Of a DNA stretch of 64,000 bases, positions 1 through 12,628 are shown one piece after another. The stretch lies in the NCBI GenBank assembly GCA_964188305.1, contig OZ076899.1, one strand, 5' to 3'. How positions within the stretch are numbered: the first letter of the stretch is position 1; the number at the start of each line of letters is the position of its first letter. The stretch comes from Podarcis bocagei. Its lineage: Eukaryota. Position numbers and translations under genes: made by a program. The notes beneath the pieces are model-generated. The model had not been told where the DNA came from, made no database searches, and saw only the letters and a program-made list of their open reading frames with translations.

Positions 1-3000
1 TTATTACCCCACCTTTTCCTCCAAGGGGCTCAAGGTGGGTTGTGTGATTCTCCTCCTGCTCATTCTATCCGCACAATAACCCTGAGAGGTAGTGGCTGAG
101 AGAGACAGTGATTGGGCCAAAGTCATACCCAGGGAGCTTCATGGCCGAGCGGGGAGTCTCAGTCTATGTTAGTGCTGATTTAGTTGCAGGTCAGCACAGA
201 AACTCAGAGATGAGCAGTAAAGTTTTAAGGAAACAGAATACAAACAGAGAAACCTATGGGCAAGACTGGCCCCAGTAAAGCATTCTTAAACTCCGTAGGG
301 GAGGGCTGCCCCCATTGTGCTCTCTCTGCTTTTTGCTCTGCAAAGCTCTTGGAGACAAGACTGGAGGGGAGCTGAATACAGTAGAACCGGCTGGCTCCCG
401 TGAATCTGTTGCAACCTTAGCCTCCCCTCCTCCTCAGCAGCCTGTCCTATGTCTGCAGTGCTTTCTGCCTCTTCCTCCTCTCTCTCATTTGAGCCTGTTG
501 CTTGTTCTGCATCCAACCATTCTGCCCCCTGCACTTTCATCCTCTGACCTGTCTTCCATGTCCCACCACCACTCCTCTGGCTTGGAGCCTTCCTCTTCTG
601 AAGCTTCTCTAGGGGGTCTCTGGCTGGAGCTTCTCACCACTCCTCATCACCCATCCATTCTTTGACAGTCTAGCACTCTACCCTCTAAAGGTGGAAGAAA
701 GGCCCACCCATCAGCCTGGAGGGAAACGTCACCTAACTGTAGCTCTTGAAATCTTGCTTATTCTTTGGGGGATGCTGGTGAGGACCCTGAAATGGCCAGC
801 TAAGGTCCTTGTCTTTAAAGAAACTAGTTCAGCAACTGCCTCTCTTAAATTCTAACCCTCACTGGCTACAGGACCCCAAGAATGGAAAGGGATTTGGGAC
901 ATCACCCAGACTGATCAGAAGCTCAGCTCTGGTGCAAGGACCAGAGAAGCACAGTTCAGTTCAGAGAAGCCTTGATTAAAGTTCCACCCACCAATGTCAT
1001 GAACCCACCAGCTTAAAACCTGCCCAGGGCTTAGGCTTGCCTCTCCCTTAGTTTCTGTGCTGCCCTTGAAGAACTCAGTGGGATGTGGGGGGAGGAAGTT
1101 GCTGTTAGTGTAGCTGTCCCTGGTATAGCATCTCTGTCAAGATATGACAAGCACTTTCTGGAAGCAATTGAAGACATTTTTGTTCTAACAGGGTCTTTAC
1201 CACGAGTGTCTCTTTGTTAGGGGTTTAGTCTTGTTTTAAATGAATTTGTTGTTTTTGTGTTTTAACTGGGGTTTTTTTATAAAAAGTTTCTTGATTTTAC
1301 ATACTTTAGTAAATAATAGAATAAGTTGCCCCCTCCCCACTTTAATTTCCCCAACACAAGGTTTCAAAGCATTTTTATTAAGAGTCACTTTATTAAAATC
1401 TGTTCCACAGATTTCTATGCATTTTTGGTGGTTTATAACCATGTTCCTTTGAAGAAACATATGTAATAAAGCTAAACCACATTTTGTTAAAGTTATTGGA
1501 TTTCTTATGTTGTGTTCTTTCCTGAACTTTGCTTGTCAATTTCTCCATTAAATCCAAATCTCCGTTATAACTGCTTTTAATTAACTTGTGCATGAATTGC
1601 CCTGAGAGGGTGGTTTAGAAGGCAATGAAAATGGGTGGCCCCCACCCAACACTTACAAAGGGTTATATTCTGGGCCCACCGCGCGCAGAAGTGAAATAGT
1701 GTGAAGTGGGAAGCACCCTCTAAGCACCCTTAAATTGCCCTTTGCCGCTCTCTCTCCAATCCAGACCAAAAATACCGTATCCAAAAATATCCACAACTTG
1801 AACTGAAGCTCTGGGGTTGACTGCAGGCTGGAGGACGAGCTGAAAAGTGGCAGCCACTGCTACTGTACCACACACACCAGCTGTTAGGCAGGGAGGCTGA
1901 GCAGCCTAAACAAAGTCTTGCTGCGCCTCCAGTCTCTTCAGGGCTTCCTCCGCCCTCACTGATATCCATTTCAGGCCCTGGGGAAGACTCTCCAGCACTT
2001 CCAGGTTTGAATTGAATTAGTTATTTATTTCCTGGTGCCACGCATATATGCATGTCGATCGCATGTAAGTGGGGGGACGCCTGCACATTCATGATGATGA
2101 GGATGAAGAAGGACAAGGAGCAGGAGGAGACAAAATGAGAGTTAGTTGGCTCTGCCTGTCACTGGCTCTGGCGCCACCTACTGTTGGGCTCCCTTCCTTC
2201 TGACCCACCAATCTCTACTGCTCTATGGAGACACATTGTGACAGTGAGTCTGGGAAGGGCGCTGCTCCCACATTGGTTCCGCTGCACACAAGCCAAATAA
2301 TATCTCAACGTGGGATCGGTTGTCCAGACCGACATAATTATTTCTTGCATTTTTGCTATTTCCTACATCTTGCCAGCCCAGGCAGCTGCCTAGATTTCTC
2401 CTCCTGATAATCAGGTAAGCCCTGGAGCTTTTAATTTACTGGGAACATTTTTTTTTGAGGACTAAATCCTCTGTCAAGTGATGGGGGATGAATTTGTTTG
2501 GTCTGTTTGTCACAGAGGACTGACTCGAATTGACATTTCCAAATTCTATTGTGGATCAGAATGCAACTATCACCTGGACTGTGCACAGAGGCACCAGCTT
2601 CCAGTGGTGATATAGGGGGAAGGGATGGGCAATGTTGTGCGTGTGACATTGTGTGTGATGTCGGGGCATCAGAACGAGCCAGGGGCAGAACCAAATGTGG
2701 CAACAGTATGGCTTCAATGACTGGCAGCTCCTCCTCCTCCTCCTGCCATTGCCACTGGTGGGGGGCTGCTTCAGTCCTCTTTCTCTTGCATGGCAAGAGA
2801 AGGAGAAGGAGCCAGTCACTAAAGCCATGCCATGCTTGGTTCCATGCTCAGCCTCCTCCACCCCCTGAATTTTTGGGACTTTAGGGGGGCATAGCCCCCT
2901 ACCAAAAAATATTGGCGGCTGCCCACAAGGGCTCGGCCCCCATGAGTTGGCCCCCATGGCTATGCAGTTTGTCTCAAAAATGTCTGCATCAAGATATGCA

Positions 3001-4145
3001 TCTTTACAATAAAAATGCATACAAAATGCATATTTTGGGGAGGAAATGCACTGGGAAATGTGTATTTTTCAGGAAACGTGTACAAAACACACATAATTTA
3101 CATGTGGATTTTTCATGGGTTCTTTAGGAAAGTCTGCAAAAATAGGGGGCAGAACAGACTGAGGGAAACGGATAAGGATGGGGCTTAAGCCGATCTGTCC
3201 ATCCCTTCACTCATCACATCCTGCCCAAGTGACTAGATTTTGAAACAAATATAATATCTTGTGATGAGGGATGGGGAGAAATTCAACTTGGTTTGCATTT
3301 GGATGAGAAACTGCCTAATTCACCCTTGAAGAACTGAAACACAGGGATCCTTTGAAATTTGCACTTATTTAACAATGCAGCTCTCCAGTCAAAAGAAATG
3401 TAGAGAAATGCATATACTAGGGGAAAACATGCATAAAATTGATGAGAATGACATTCAGCGATGCATTATATTAGGAAAACACAAGATGAGCCTGCTGGAT
3501 CCAGCCACTGGTCCATCTAGTGCAGCCTCCTGTTCTTACAATGGCCAACCATATGCCCTCAAGTAAGACCTGAGCACAACAGCAGCTCTCTCTGCTTGTG
3601 ATTCCTAGCAACTGGCTTTCAGAGGCATGATTTCCCAGTGCAAAAAATATGCTTGCCATAGAGAAATGTGTTTATCTGGAGAAATTCACACAGAAAAGCT
3701 GACAAAGTTTCATGCGGATTAAAAGAAGAAGAAGAAGAAAAAGAATCCTCAAACTGCTGCAGAAATACGAATTGAATTTAATATTGGAAAAACAAGAGAA
3801 CCAAAACGGATAGATTTGCCTATCCCTTTCAGAGATACGATCTTTTAATGATGTCAGTCCAAGGGAGAAAAGGACACTGTCGTAAATGAATGAAATAAGG
3901 AAAGTGATTAGTTAATGCACTGCATCGGAAAAAACACACCCCACAACCCACCCTTGATGCTCAGGGAAAATTCAAAAAAGCTCCATCGAAAGTGGGATTG
4001 ACATATACTCTGACAAGGAAATCTCCAGCTGGATTTTGCTGGCCACTCAGTTGCCTACAGGGGTGAGCCCTATCCCTTCTGTGTGTAGAACCCCCCCCCC
4101 CCACAAGCACAGATTTGTAGTTGCCCGGGAGGTTGTAAACCTTAC

Positions 4146-4229
4146 GCAGGAGGTATTCAGCTGCATCCTGTTCATAGTCAGCATCCTCTGGGAAATGATT
4201 GATTTGCTTACAGATTCCTCTGAACGTCC
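4146..4229 (-). CDS. CACNG3: CACNG3 coding exon 2 (84 nt)
   Basis: Acceptor ttctcttctttattctttag| and donor |gtaagg. Translates (G)[27 protein letters not shown](R), the TARP extracellular-loop HFPEDADYE segment. Phase matches exon 1. Confidence 0.96.
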
Positions 4230-6848
4230 CTAAAGAATAAAGAAGAGAAAATATGCTTAAGAACACCGTAAGAGCTCTGCTGGATCAGACCCCTGGCCCA
4301 CCCAGTTCAGCACCTTTGCCTCCCCAGCATACTCTCTCTCCAATAATGGAGGCACAACACAGGCATCCTAGAAACAAAGAATTGTAGAGTCCGGAGGGAT
4401 CCCAAGGGTCAACTAGTCTAACCCTCTGCAATGCTGACAAAAAACCCCACCCTCTTGCCCTCTGTTCAATTGTCTCAGTCCGTCTTAAAACTGTCCAACA
4501 TGGTGGCCATCACCAGATCCCAAGTGGATTTCATAATTTTACTATGATAGGGTTGGAAGGCAACCTCAAAGGCTCACCCACCCCCATTGATACAGAAAAT
4601 ACCTACAGCATCCCTGATAGGCTGCCATTTGGAATCTAAAAACCTCTAGTGAAGAACAGTCCACCATTCTCCAAGCAGTTCAGTTCCCCTGCCAGACAAT
4701 TTTGATTGTTCGGGTTCATAAGTCTGCTGTTCTAGCCAAAGGCCATGACAAACGTGTATTAGTCAACATTATTGATAATATAGCACAGGACATACATCCA
4801 TAAAATAAAAGTCCATAATATAAAAAAGATTTTGCCAAGTTCCTGAGCATTGTGTACCTCTGACAGCTCCAATTCTAATATTATTTTGCCTTTTTAAAAT
4901 CCAATTTGCCAGCATCCACGCTGTAAGAGACAGAAGTTACCAGAGACACCAACACAATCAAATCAAATCAAGCCAAAACCATTTATAGCGATTTTATCTA
5001 ACTCCTTTTTCTTTCTTTCTTTCTTTTTTGGCAGACAGTGCATAGAGGGCCACTCTCTGTGTTACGCAGCTATTATTGTCACTCAAAAGAAACTGAACCA
5101 TTTCTGCCGGGGTGTTGCTAGTTGCTTATGTGAAGAAAGGTTTCAGAAAGTGATCTTTTGTATCTCTATAACAAGAGGAAGGCCAATAGAGAATGAGAGA
5201 TGTCTTCCATCTGAGATGGACCATAAATGCCAAGTCTGCCTGTGTATAGGAGCTTGTTTTAACAACCATCCAAGACGGCAGTAGGTATCACATGGAGATG
5301 CAGTCCAATAAAGGCATTTCTTAAGGAAACTGGTGAGAGTTTGGTCAGAGAACCAGCTCTAAAATGCTCTGTCCTCATGAGTGGGTATCAAGGGGGAAAT
5401 CTGGTGTTTCTAATTAGTTGTAGGTCCCTTCTGGATTCTATCCAGAAGAGCCAATCCCTTAGTTGACACGTATTCAAGGTCAAAGCAGAGCTCAGATCTG
5501 GAAAATAATGATAGTCTAGAACATCTGGACAAGCTGCTTTCCAGAATTGGTTATCACCCAGTTCCATATAGCACAGGAAAATGCTCAATAGGCATATGGT
5601 AGTAGCAATTTAAAATAAATTTACTTTAACTGAGCACAGTCTGCTCTTGCCATAATTGTTGGCCTCTTAGATTCTGTATGAAGAAGAGCTGCTGATATTC
5701 CTGATGGTAGAGAGTATAGCTTCTGAAAAAAAATAATATTCTGCACAGTTTCCAAAATTTTAATGGAGTTCAAATCAGAGCAAGTGCTTTGCTACCAAAT
5801 ACCCTTAGGTTCAACCAGCTGCCCTTCCTTATTGCAACAGAACTCCATCAATGTCCCTATGGCTTTCTGTGTTTTCACTTTCACTGTCTTCATATGACAC
5901 CTCCAGGAGAGGGTTTCACTGAAGGGTACACCCAAGTATCTAAATAAGTGAATTTGTTCTATAGCTTGCTGATCTAAGCACCATTTATAACTAGGACTGT
6001 GCCAAAAATCACAATCTTGGTCTTAATTCTTCTCTTAACAGTATGTGCTGAACACCTCCAATAGATTTTTTTTTTGGGGGGGGGGCAATTGGGAAAGAGA
6101 GAGGAGCACTAAATCATCTGCATACATCAATATTAAGATATTTCTGTGCCTAATTACCGGAGAGGGGGAGTTTGAATTGGCTAAATATGGCACCAAATTG
6201 TTAATATAAACGTTAAAAAGAGTGGGAGCCAAAGTGCAACCTTGTTTCACTCCTTATGACATTTTAAAAGCATCAGTCATACCACCATTTAAACCTACTC
6301 TGACCCTCTTTTCTGTATTACTGTATAGTTCTTGGATCAATAGCAGAAGTCTGCAGTCAATGTTAGCAATTTGAAATTTCTCCCACAGTTTGTTTTGATT
6401 AATAGAGCTGGATGCAGCAGAAAGATCAATAAAGGCCACATAAAGACTATCCTTAATGTTCTTAGTATATTTCCTTACAATACGGTTCAGAGTAAAACTT
6501 TAATCAATGGTTCTGTATCCTCTTCTGAATCCTGCTTGTTCTTCATGAAAAATGTTATCTTGCAAACCATTCTGATGATTTTTGAAGGAGATGTAACGCA
6601 TATAGCTTTGAGATGTCTAACAAGCTAAATGGCTGATAGTTTTGTGGATCCTTCCTATCACCTGTCTTATATATCAGGAAAATGATACTCATTTTCCATC
6701 CAGAGGGCATTTGGCTCATATTGTTTATGGTGGCAAACAAGCCAGCTGAGATAGACATCTGCCATTCTAAATATCCCTTAGAGAGTTCAGGTGGAGGCAT
6801 ATCTTCTCCAGGAGCTTTATTTGATTCCAGGCAAGAAATGAGGGCCTT

Positions 6849-6995
6849 TATCTCAGTCAGTAGAGCATGAAAGTCTTAATCTCAGGGCTGCGGGTTTGAG
6901 CCCCACGTTGCATGAAAGATTCCTGCATTTCAGGAGGTGGGGCTAGATGATCCTTGTGGTCTCTTCCAACTCTACAATTCTATGAATCTACGATT
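6849..6995 (+). mobile_element. SINE with tRNA-Lys(CTT)-derived head and CR1-type 3' tail
   Basis: ctcagtcagtagagcatgaaagtCTTaatctcagggctgcgggtttgagccccacgttg resembles tRNA-Lys-CTT; tail ...cttccaactctacaattctatga resembles the CR1 3' end. Confidence 0.8.
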
Positions 6996-7269
6996 ACAGG
7001 AGACTGGCTGCCATTCAAGTAGGTTTGAGAAATTCTCATACACTCATACACATACATGTGACTGCCTAGACTGACCACCAAATATGTTGGAGAAAGATGT
7101 CACCCAGTCAGAGGCAGGAACTGAGATTTCCTGTGATGATCTCACTTCATTTAAACCCTGGGCCACCAGTTCCCAGAAATTGTCTTCCATCTGCTCCATC
7201 ACTGCTAGTCCCAATCCCTGCCACTGGGTTTTTGTATATTCAACTTTCTTGCTTTTGAGCAGACTCTTG

Positions 7270-7665
7270 CAGTGGCGTAGCGTGGGGGGGTGCAGGGGGG
7301 GGGGCCGGTCGCACCGGGCGCAACATCTGGGGGGCGCACTCGCACTCGCAGCTCTCTGCCCCTACCTGGCTCACTCACTCTCTCTCACTGCAGTGCTGGC
7401 TGTGCGAATCCGATCCGAGCCACTGGGTCGCCGCCCACTGTGGAGGGGGTGGGTGCCAGGCGTGCGGTGCGGAGAGAGAGCGAGGGACTATCTGGGGGAG
7501 GGACAGTGCAGCAGCCGCACAGCGCAGCGCTGAGCGCGGAAGAGAACCACACCAGACCAGACCAGGCAGCAGCAAGAAGAAGCTGGCAGCGGCGGCAGGT
7601 TAGGGGTTAGGGGGCGCAAATTACTTGCCTTGCCCCGGGTGCTGACAACCCACGCTACGCCGCTG
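7270..7665. mobile_element. Young non-autonomous hAT element (MITE)
   Basis: TIRs CAGTGGCGTAGCGTGGG / CCCACGCTACGCCGCTG; perfect 8-bp TSD GACTCTTG (7262-7269, 7666-7673); CpG-rich. Confidence 0.92.
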
Positions 7666-8765
7666 GACTCTTGTATTCCAATCTATGTTTGACCAAATTT
7701 TCCATGGATTCTTACGCAAATCCTTAATAGCCTTAGCCAAAACTTTCCTAGCCATTTTGCATCAACCATCAAACCAGCCAAGGTGTGTTGACTGTTTGTA
7801 GTTATTAATTGTAGAAGTTATCTCATAGGGCCTGAGTTCTGTGACAATTTCCTGGAAGACACACTGGCAGAGGAATGGGGGGCAGGGGGAGCGTATTGCC
7901 CCGGTACCACCGGGGAGGGGGGTACCATTGCAGCTGCCCCCGGACATGCGCCACCCCTCCACTGCGCCGGGCACCATGACCCCGCGGGCGGTGCACCACG
8001 CCCCCGGGATGCACGCACGCCCCTGGGACGCATGACATGCCCCCGCGGGCATCAACATGATTTGGAGATTTGCTCATAAAAAGTTGGTGCAAACTCATCA
8101 GATAGTTACTATATAGTGTCTCTTGAATATCGCTGTTCAATCTGTGAGAGCATTTCAGTCTTTTCACACCATGTATTTCTCCACACACTCCTGCAGATTT
8201 GGTGGTTGGTATGCGTTCTGTGAAAGGACATGGGGTCACTGATATTTGAAAGCAATCACTTTCTGTTTGTTCTAATACTTCAAAGGTGTTCTCAGCAGTG
8301 AGTAATGAAGGAGCGACTATAATGTGATCGATAGCACTTCCACCACGCCTGCTCAAATAAGTATATTGACCCTTAGATATGTCTACAGGACTCCCGTGAG
8401 GAATATAGGAATTATGTTGGAATACAAATCCAACATTTTCAGGCCTGTGTATTATATTTCTTGTACAAATAACAATATTAGATTAGGAAAATATTTCCCA
8501 AGCCTAAAGGTACTAAAAAATCCTCTCTAATTGCTCCAGTCCACAAAAACGTATAAATGCTGAGGGGAATTTATGACTGAGCTGCTCTGGTTCGGGATCT
8601 TACATCTGCCTAAATCTTGGTGGTCAGGGCCAGACAGTTAGTAGGGAGAAGGGAGATATTTATACAGAAAAGAAAGATTCCTAATACAGTTTTGCTTTGT
8701 ATTGACGACAGGTAATTATTTTGAATTCCAAAATCTGCTATCAAAACTTCCCCTGCCAAATGATA

Positions 8766-9572
8766 TTATCACACGCCACCCCAAACTCCAAGCGATATGA
8801 GATTCCAAGGGTTTCAGGCACTTGCCATGGGTTCGTGTTTCCTTTCGAATGAGGTGCAGTGGTAGGGCTGCCATATTTCAAAAAGTAAAAACCAGGACAC
8901 CCTGAAAGTTGTTGAGCTATTTTTAAGAAGACCTCAAAATTGTTGAGTCGGTTTTTTCATTTTGGAGACGGTAGTGTCTTTATGATAACTGGTTTATTTA
9001 CATATATATACAGCCTGAGCCTATGCTGGAGGAGTTCACAGCACCAACACTCAAAGACAGTTTTGCTTCTTCCACACACAGACGCGGAGCAACCTGCTCT
9101 GGTACCCGGAGTGGCACACATCTCAGGGGGCGTGGTGCGCCCCCCGGGAGGTGCCGCCGATTGGGGGGTTGGCATTTTGTCACCCCTCCTTTGGAATGGC
9201 ACTGGGTTGGACTGCCCCCTGCCCCCACCTTGGAACGCAGCTGCTTCCACAGCCACAGCCTTCAATTCCTTCAGAAATCAGGCATGGCTTTCTCTCTCTC
9301 TGCCTTCCTAGCCTGCAGCCTTTGCACCCAACATCTAGCTCACATAATCTGACTCTCTACTCTGGCCTTTTGTCTTTCTAACAAACAGTTAAGGGAGCGA
9401 GGCCCACACATTTGCCCTCTGGCAGAGAGCCACTTTCTTTGTTACCTTAAGGACACATACTTAGTGGACCATTACCAGGCTGGCCTGGCTAGTCCTGCAA
9501 TTGAATCTTTGCTGGATCCAGGAATCAGAAACGGGACTTAAGCATACAGCCTATTCCTCCCCCCAACTCATA
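8766..9572 (-). mobile_element. Solo LTR-like element interrupting the LINE endonuclease region
   Basis: Reverse-complement homology over several hundred bp to 33565-34080 (e.g. ttaccaggctggcctggcta, gttaccttaa, tttatttacatatatataca); itself interrupted at ~8862-8970 and 9077-9243. Confidence 0.65.
9077..9243. mobile_element. Small GC-rich hAT-like MITE inside the LTR
   Basis: Flanked by 8-bp direct repeat CTTCCACA (9069-9076, 9244-9251); degenerate CAG...CTG termini. Confidence 0.6.
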
Positions 9573-10407
9573 GCAATATAAAGGTAGTCAGGTCCTCACT
9601 TCCTTGGCCCCTTTTAAATTTCTCAACAGCTGACTGGTTAAAAGAATTATGACCCTGTAAGTGGGGAGGAGGGTTACGTTTGTGTGACCAAATCTCTTGC
9701 AAACATATTATATCAAATTGCTGGAGCATACAAATATGCTTATCTGCCCTACCCGTCAGGTTCCATGGAAGAATATTAAGACATTTCTGGATGTTTTCTA
9801 ATCAGTTATGGTATCTTAGAGGAGAGCTGAAGGTATCATAATATGCTTTTCTGTAATTACCCCTAGGCCTGGATTTATCATGAGTGTTTGTTAATGGATA
9901 ATCCCTTTGATATCTGGAAAATGGATTGCTAGCAGGGTAGTTTGGGGGCATATTTCTATTTTGGACATATTTTCCCCAATACCTGCGTTTGGGCCAATAT
10001 AATGAATCTTCCCTTCTTGTCTATTGGAGCAGATCTGGATATTATTAGGCTAGGTGACAAGTGCAGGACACTTGTGACTTAAGAACTTCTTGTTCCTTCC
10101 TCTCAAACTGCCTTTTCCAGACTGGGGCATGGAGAGTTATTTGGAGAACCTTTTAATTTGAATAACAGCTCTCTGTCAGCAAACATAGAGAGATCAAAAT
10201 TTATCCCATAAAACATTTCCTAAATCCAGGGAAGTCCCTACCATGGCTTGAATTCTGTTTTGCAGTTCAGAATCTGTTTTCATTATTCCACTGGGTTTCT
10301 TCAGTGGCCAGTTCTGAACGACCACCTGTAGAACATCTGGGACCTCTTTCTAGAAGAACCATCACTGGAAACTGGACTTCCCTCCTCATTTGCTATCTTT
10401 CCAAGTA

Positions 10408-10659
10408 CAATGGTACCTTGGTTTAAGAACAGCTTAGTTTATGAACAACTTGGATTAAGAACGCTGCAAACCCGGAAGTAGGTGTTTTGGTTTGTGAACT
10501 TTGCCTTGGAATAAGAACATGTTTTGCTTCCTGTTGAGTGTGTTCCATTTGTAAGTTGAGTTCCCCGCTGCTATGGGAAAGCACGTCTTGCTTTAAGAAC
10601 GCTTTGGTTTAAGAACACACTTTCGGAACGGATTAAGTTCATAAACCAAGGTACCACTG
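10408..10659. mobile_element. Tc1/mariner (Tigger-like) MITE
   Basis: TA|CAATGGTACCTTGGTTTA ... TAAACCAAGGTACCACTG|TA. Confidence 0.9.
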
Positions 10660-12200
10660 TATGTTTATTAATCCACTGTACACTGCCTTTTCCTCCTGTC
10701 TTAAGATGTAGAACAGGAAATGTGGAGTGCTGACCTGAAGCCTTCAGACTTCCTCCAAAAGATCCCAGATTGGGGTTTGAACAAATTAGATTAGGTGACG
10801 GGCTACGATGATTTCCTTGGATGGTAGCAAGTGGGTTATCAGCATACCCATCGACTATCAGTAGCCTTGGATCTGAAGGGATTAAGAATGAGAAACCACT
10901 CCTCCAAGTCCATCTGGAGCATTCATATTGGTGTAAAAGCAGATTTCTGAGTTCAAGTTCCAACCTTGATCAATGCCATTTAATTGTTTGGTTACTGAAT
11001 CTGATAGGGACTTAGCAAACTCACACCTATTGGTATATCTTCAAACCATCACTAACTACAGTTTCTTTGCTGGTAGGTCTTATCCACGGGGCTACATTCA
11101 GAATTCCTGTCCGGTATACCAATTATGGCATTCAGGCCCAAAACTTCATTTTCCAACGCATCAGGAGATGTCGGTCACATAAAAGTTCCCCCGATGAAGG
11201 AGATTCAGTCTCTGTTGTGCCAAGATTGTTATTATGCCTAGCAGAGGTGTCATTATATGGATGAAGCTGAGGTTGCCTGGGAGCATATAAACCAACTTCT
11301 AACAAGTCCGGATCAATAGACCAGTTAGCTAAGCTTTCATTAGAGGAATATGCAGCAAAACCCCTGACTTATGTTTCTCCAGCCCCATGACTTGCATGTA
11401 AAAGACCAGGGCTGTCTGTGTAAGACATATCAATTTCATCTTGCCACTATCACTTACTTTGACTGTAAGGAAATTCTTCCCAACATTTCACCTAAATTGC
11501 AGCCTACAAAATTACAGTAAGACAAATTAAAATATTAATAAGAACATCAGTAAATATTCTGTATCCCTTGTAACTCCTGCAATTGGGTTGGTTCTTGCAT
11601 CCTGCCAGTGTTGCTTCTTGGGGTGTGTGTGTGTGGAAAGGGTGGGGGGCAAGTAAGACAGTTCTGGAAGTCACAAGAGGTGCACAAATAGGAGATGATA
11701 CTTTTTAGGAGCAGACCTTGCTGGATTTGTTTGTGCTTTTGGGTGTGTGGCCATATATCGGCTGCCTCGCTCAGCACCACTGCAGGACGCGGTCTCTCAT
11801 CTGCACACAGCATCTCCCTTTCCCCTAAGGGCCAGGCTGGCTCAGCATGCAGCGGTTTGAATCCAACTCAGTTCCCTCGAATTCACATTGCTCACTCATT
11901 TCCAGAAACGGTCTCCTGGCCTGGATTCCTCGGCAGCTGCTTTAACTCTTTCTCGCCCTGCCCTTCCAACCTCAGGAAGCAAGCCAGTCCTATGGAACAC
12001 TCCCCAGATGGCCCTTCACCACCCAAGACAATTCCCCTAAACTAGATCCAGAGCCTGGAATCATAATAGTGCAGCTCATCAACTAAAGCACACCCTGAAG
12101 ATTAAAATCAACCCTACAAGACCAGCTCTTTCAGACCCTCGCCGTGCTTCCACAGCAGTCCCCAGCTGAAGGTCGAGGATCTCCCATTCCTAGCTGGGAG

Positions 12201-12628
12201 TAGGGAAGGAGAGGGAGATTCAACTCAGTTCGTATTTAAAGTCAGACATGACTTAATTCACACTTTTTGAAACTATACATAAACTGAAACACAGACAGCC
12301 TTCAAAATCACAACGCAATTCTCTCTAATATGCATAAAAATGGATATATAAGGTAGAATATGCATAGAAAGACATATTTTAGTAAACATAACATTTTAAA
12401 ATGCATTCAGGGAAATTGCCTCACAAAAATATGAATATAACACAAAACTCCATTAGGATGTAAATGTTATTTGGGGGAAAAAATCATAGTAAAATGCTGG
12501 TGAATTTTCGTGGGGACTTTAACAACAACAAGAACATCTAACTGATGTGAAAATGTGGAGATCTGGACTTAAGAATGGAGAAATGAAAAAGTGAGACAAA
12601 CTGAAATGGGCATATTTGGCTCTTCCTA
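12201..12628 (+). mobile_element. Abundant ~430-550 bp hAT-like non-autonomous element (best-defined copy)
   Basis: TAGGGAAG...CTTCCTA termini; 8-bp TSD GCTGGGAG/GCTGGGAC. Homologous copies at ~2965-3205, ~3266-3826, ~14800-15235, ~22375-22760(-), ~24060-24450, ~33355-34275, ~37775-38100 and ~38330-38705(-). Confidence 0.7.

Larger units (their letters stand above)
4720..11800 (-). mobile_element. Decayed near full-length non-LTR retrotransposon (APE endonuclease + RT; RTE-X-like, clade tentative) with nested insertions
   Basis: Colinear minus-strand motifs: LNILPWNLTG...QFDIICLQEIW (9780-9688), SAIDHIIV (~8330), IYKTGDRKDPQNYQPFSLL (~6650), AFIDLSAA (~6430), KQGCTLAPTLFNVYIN and ILMYADDLVLL (6250-6100), IEQIHLFRYLGV (~5950). 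Many stops and frameshifts. The 5' boundary (ORF1 side, above 9800) is uncertain. Confidence 0.85.

Noticed and set aside
1-4145. CACNG3 exon 3
   Set aside because: No AVRASS.FPILS-like coding segment seen; exon 3 presumably lies left of the window.
6035-6800. Active or domesticated reverse transcriptase
   Set aside because: Split over several frames with stops and nested insertions.
11770-11792. RE1 site (CTCAGCACC...GGAC)
   Set aside because: Poor right half, wrong spacing, and it lies within probable LINE-derived sequence.
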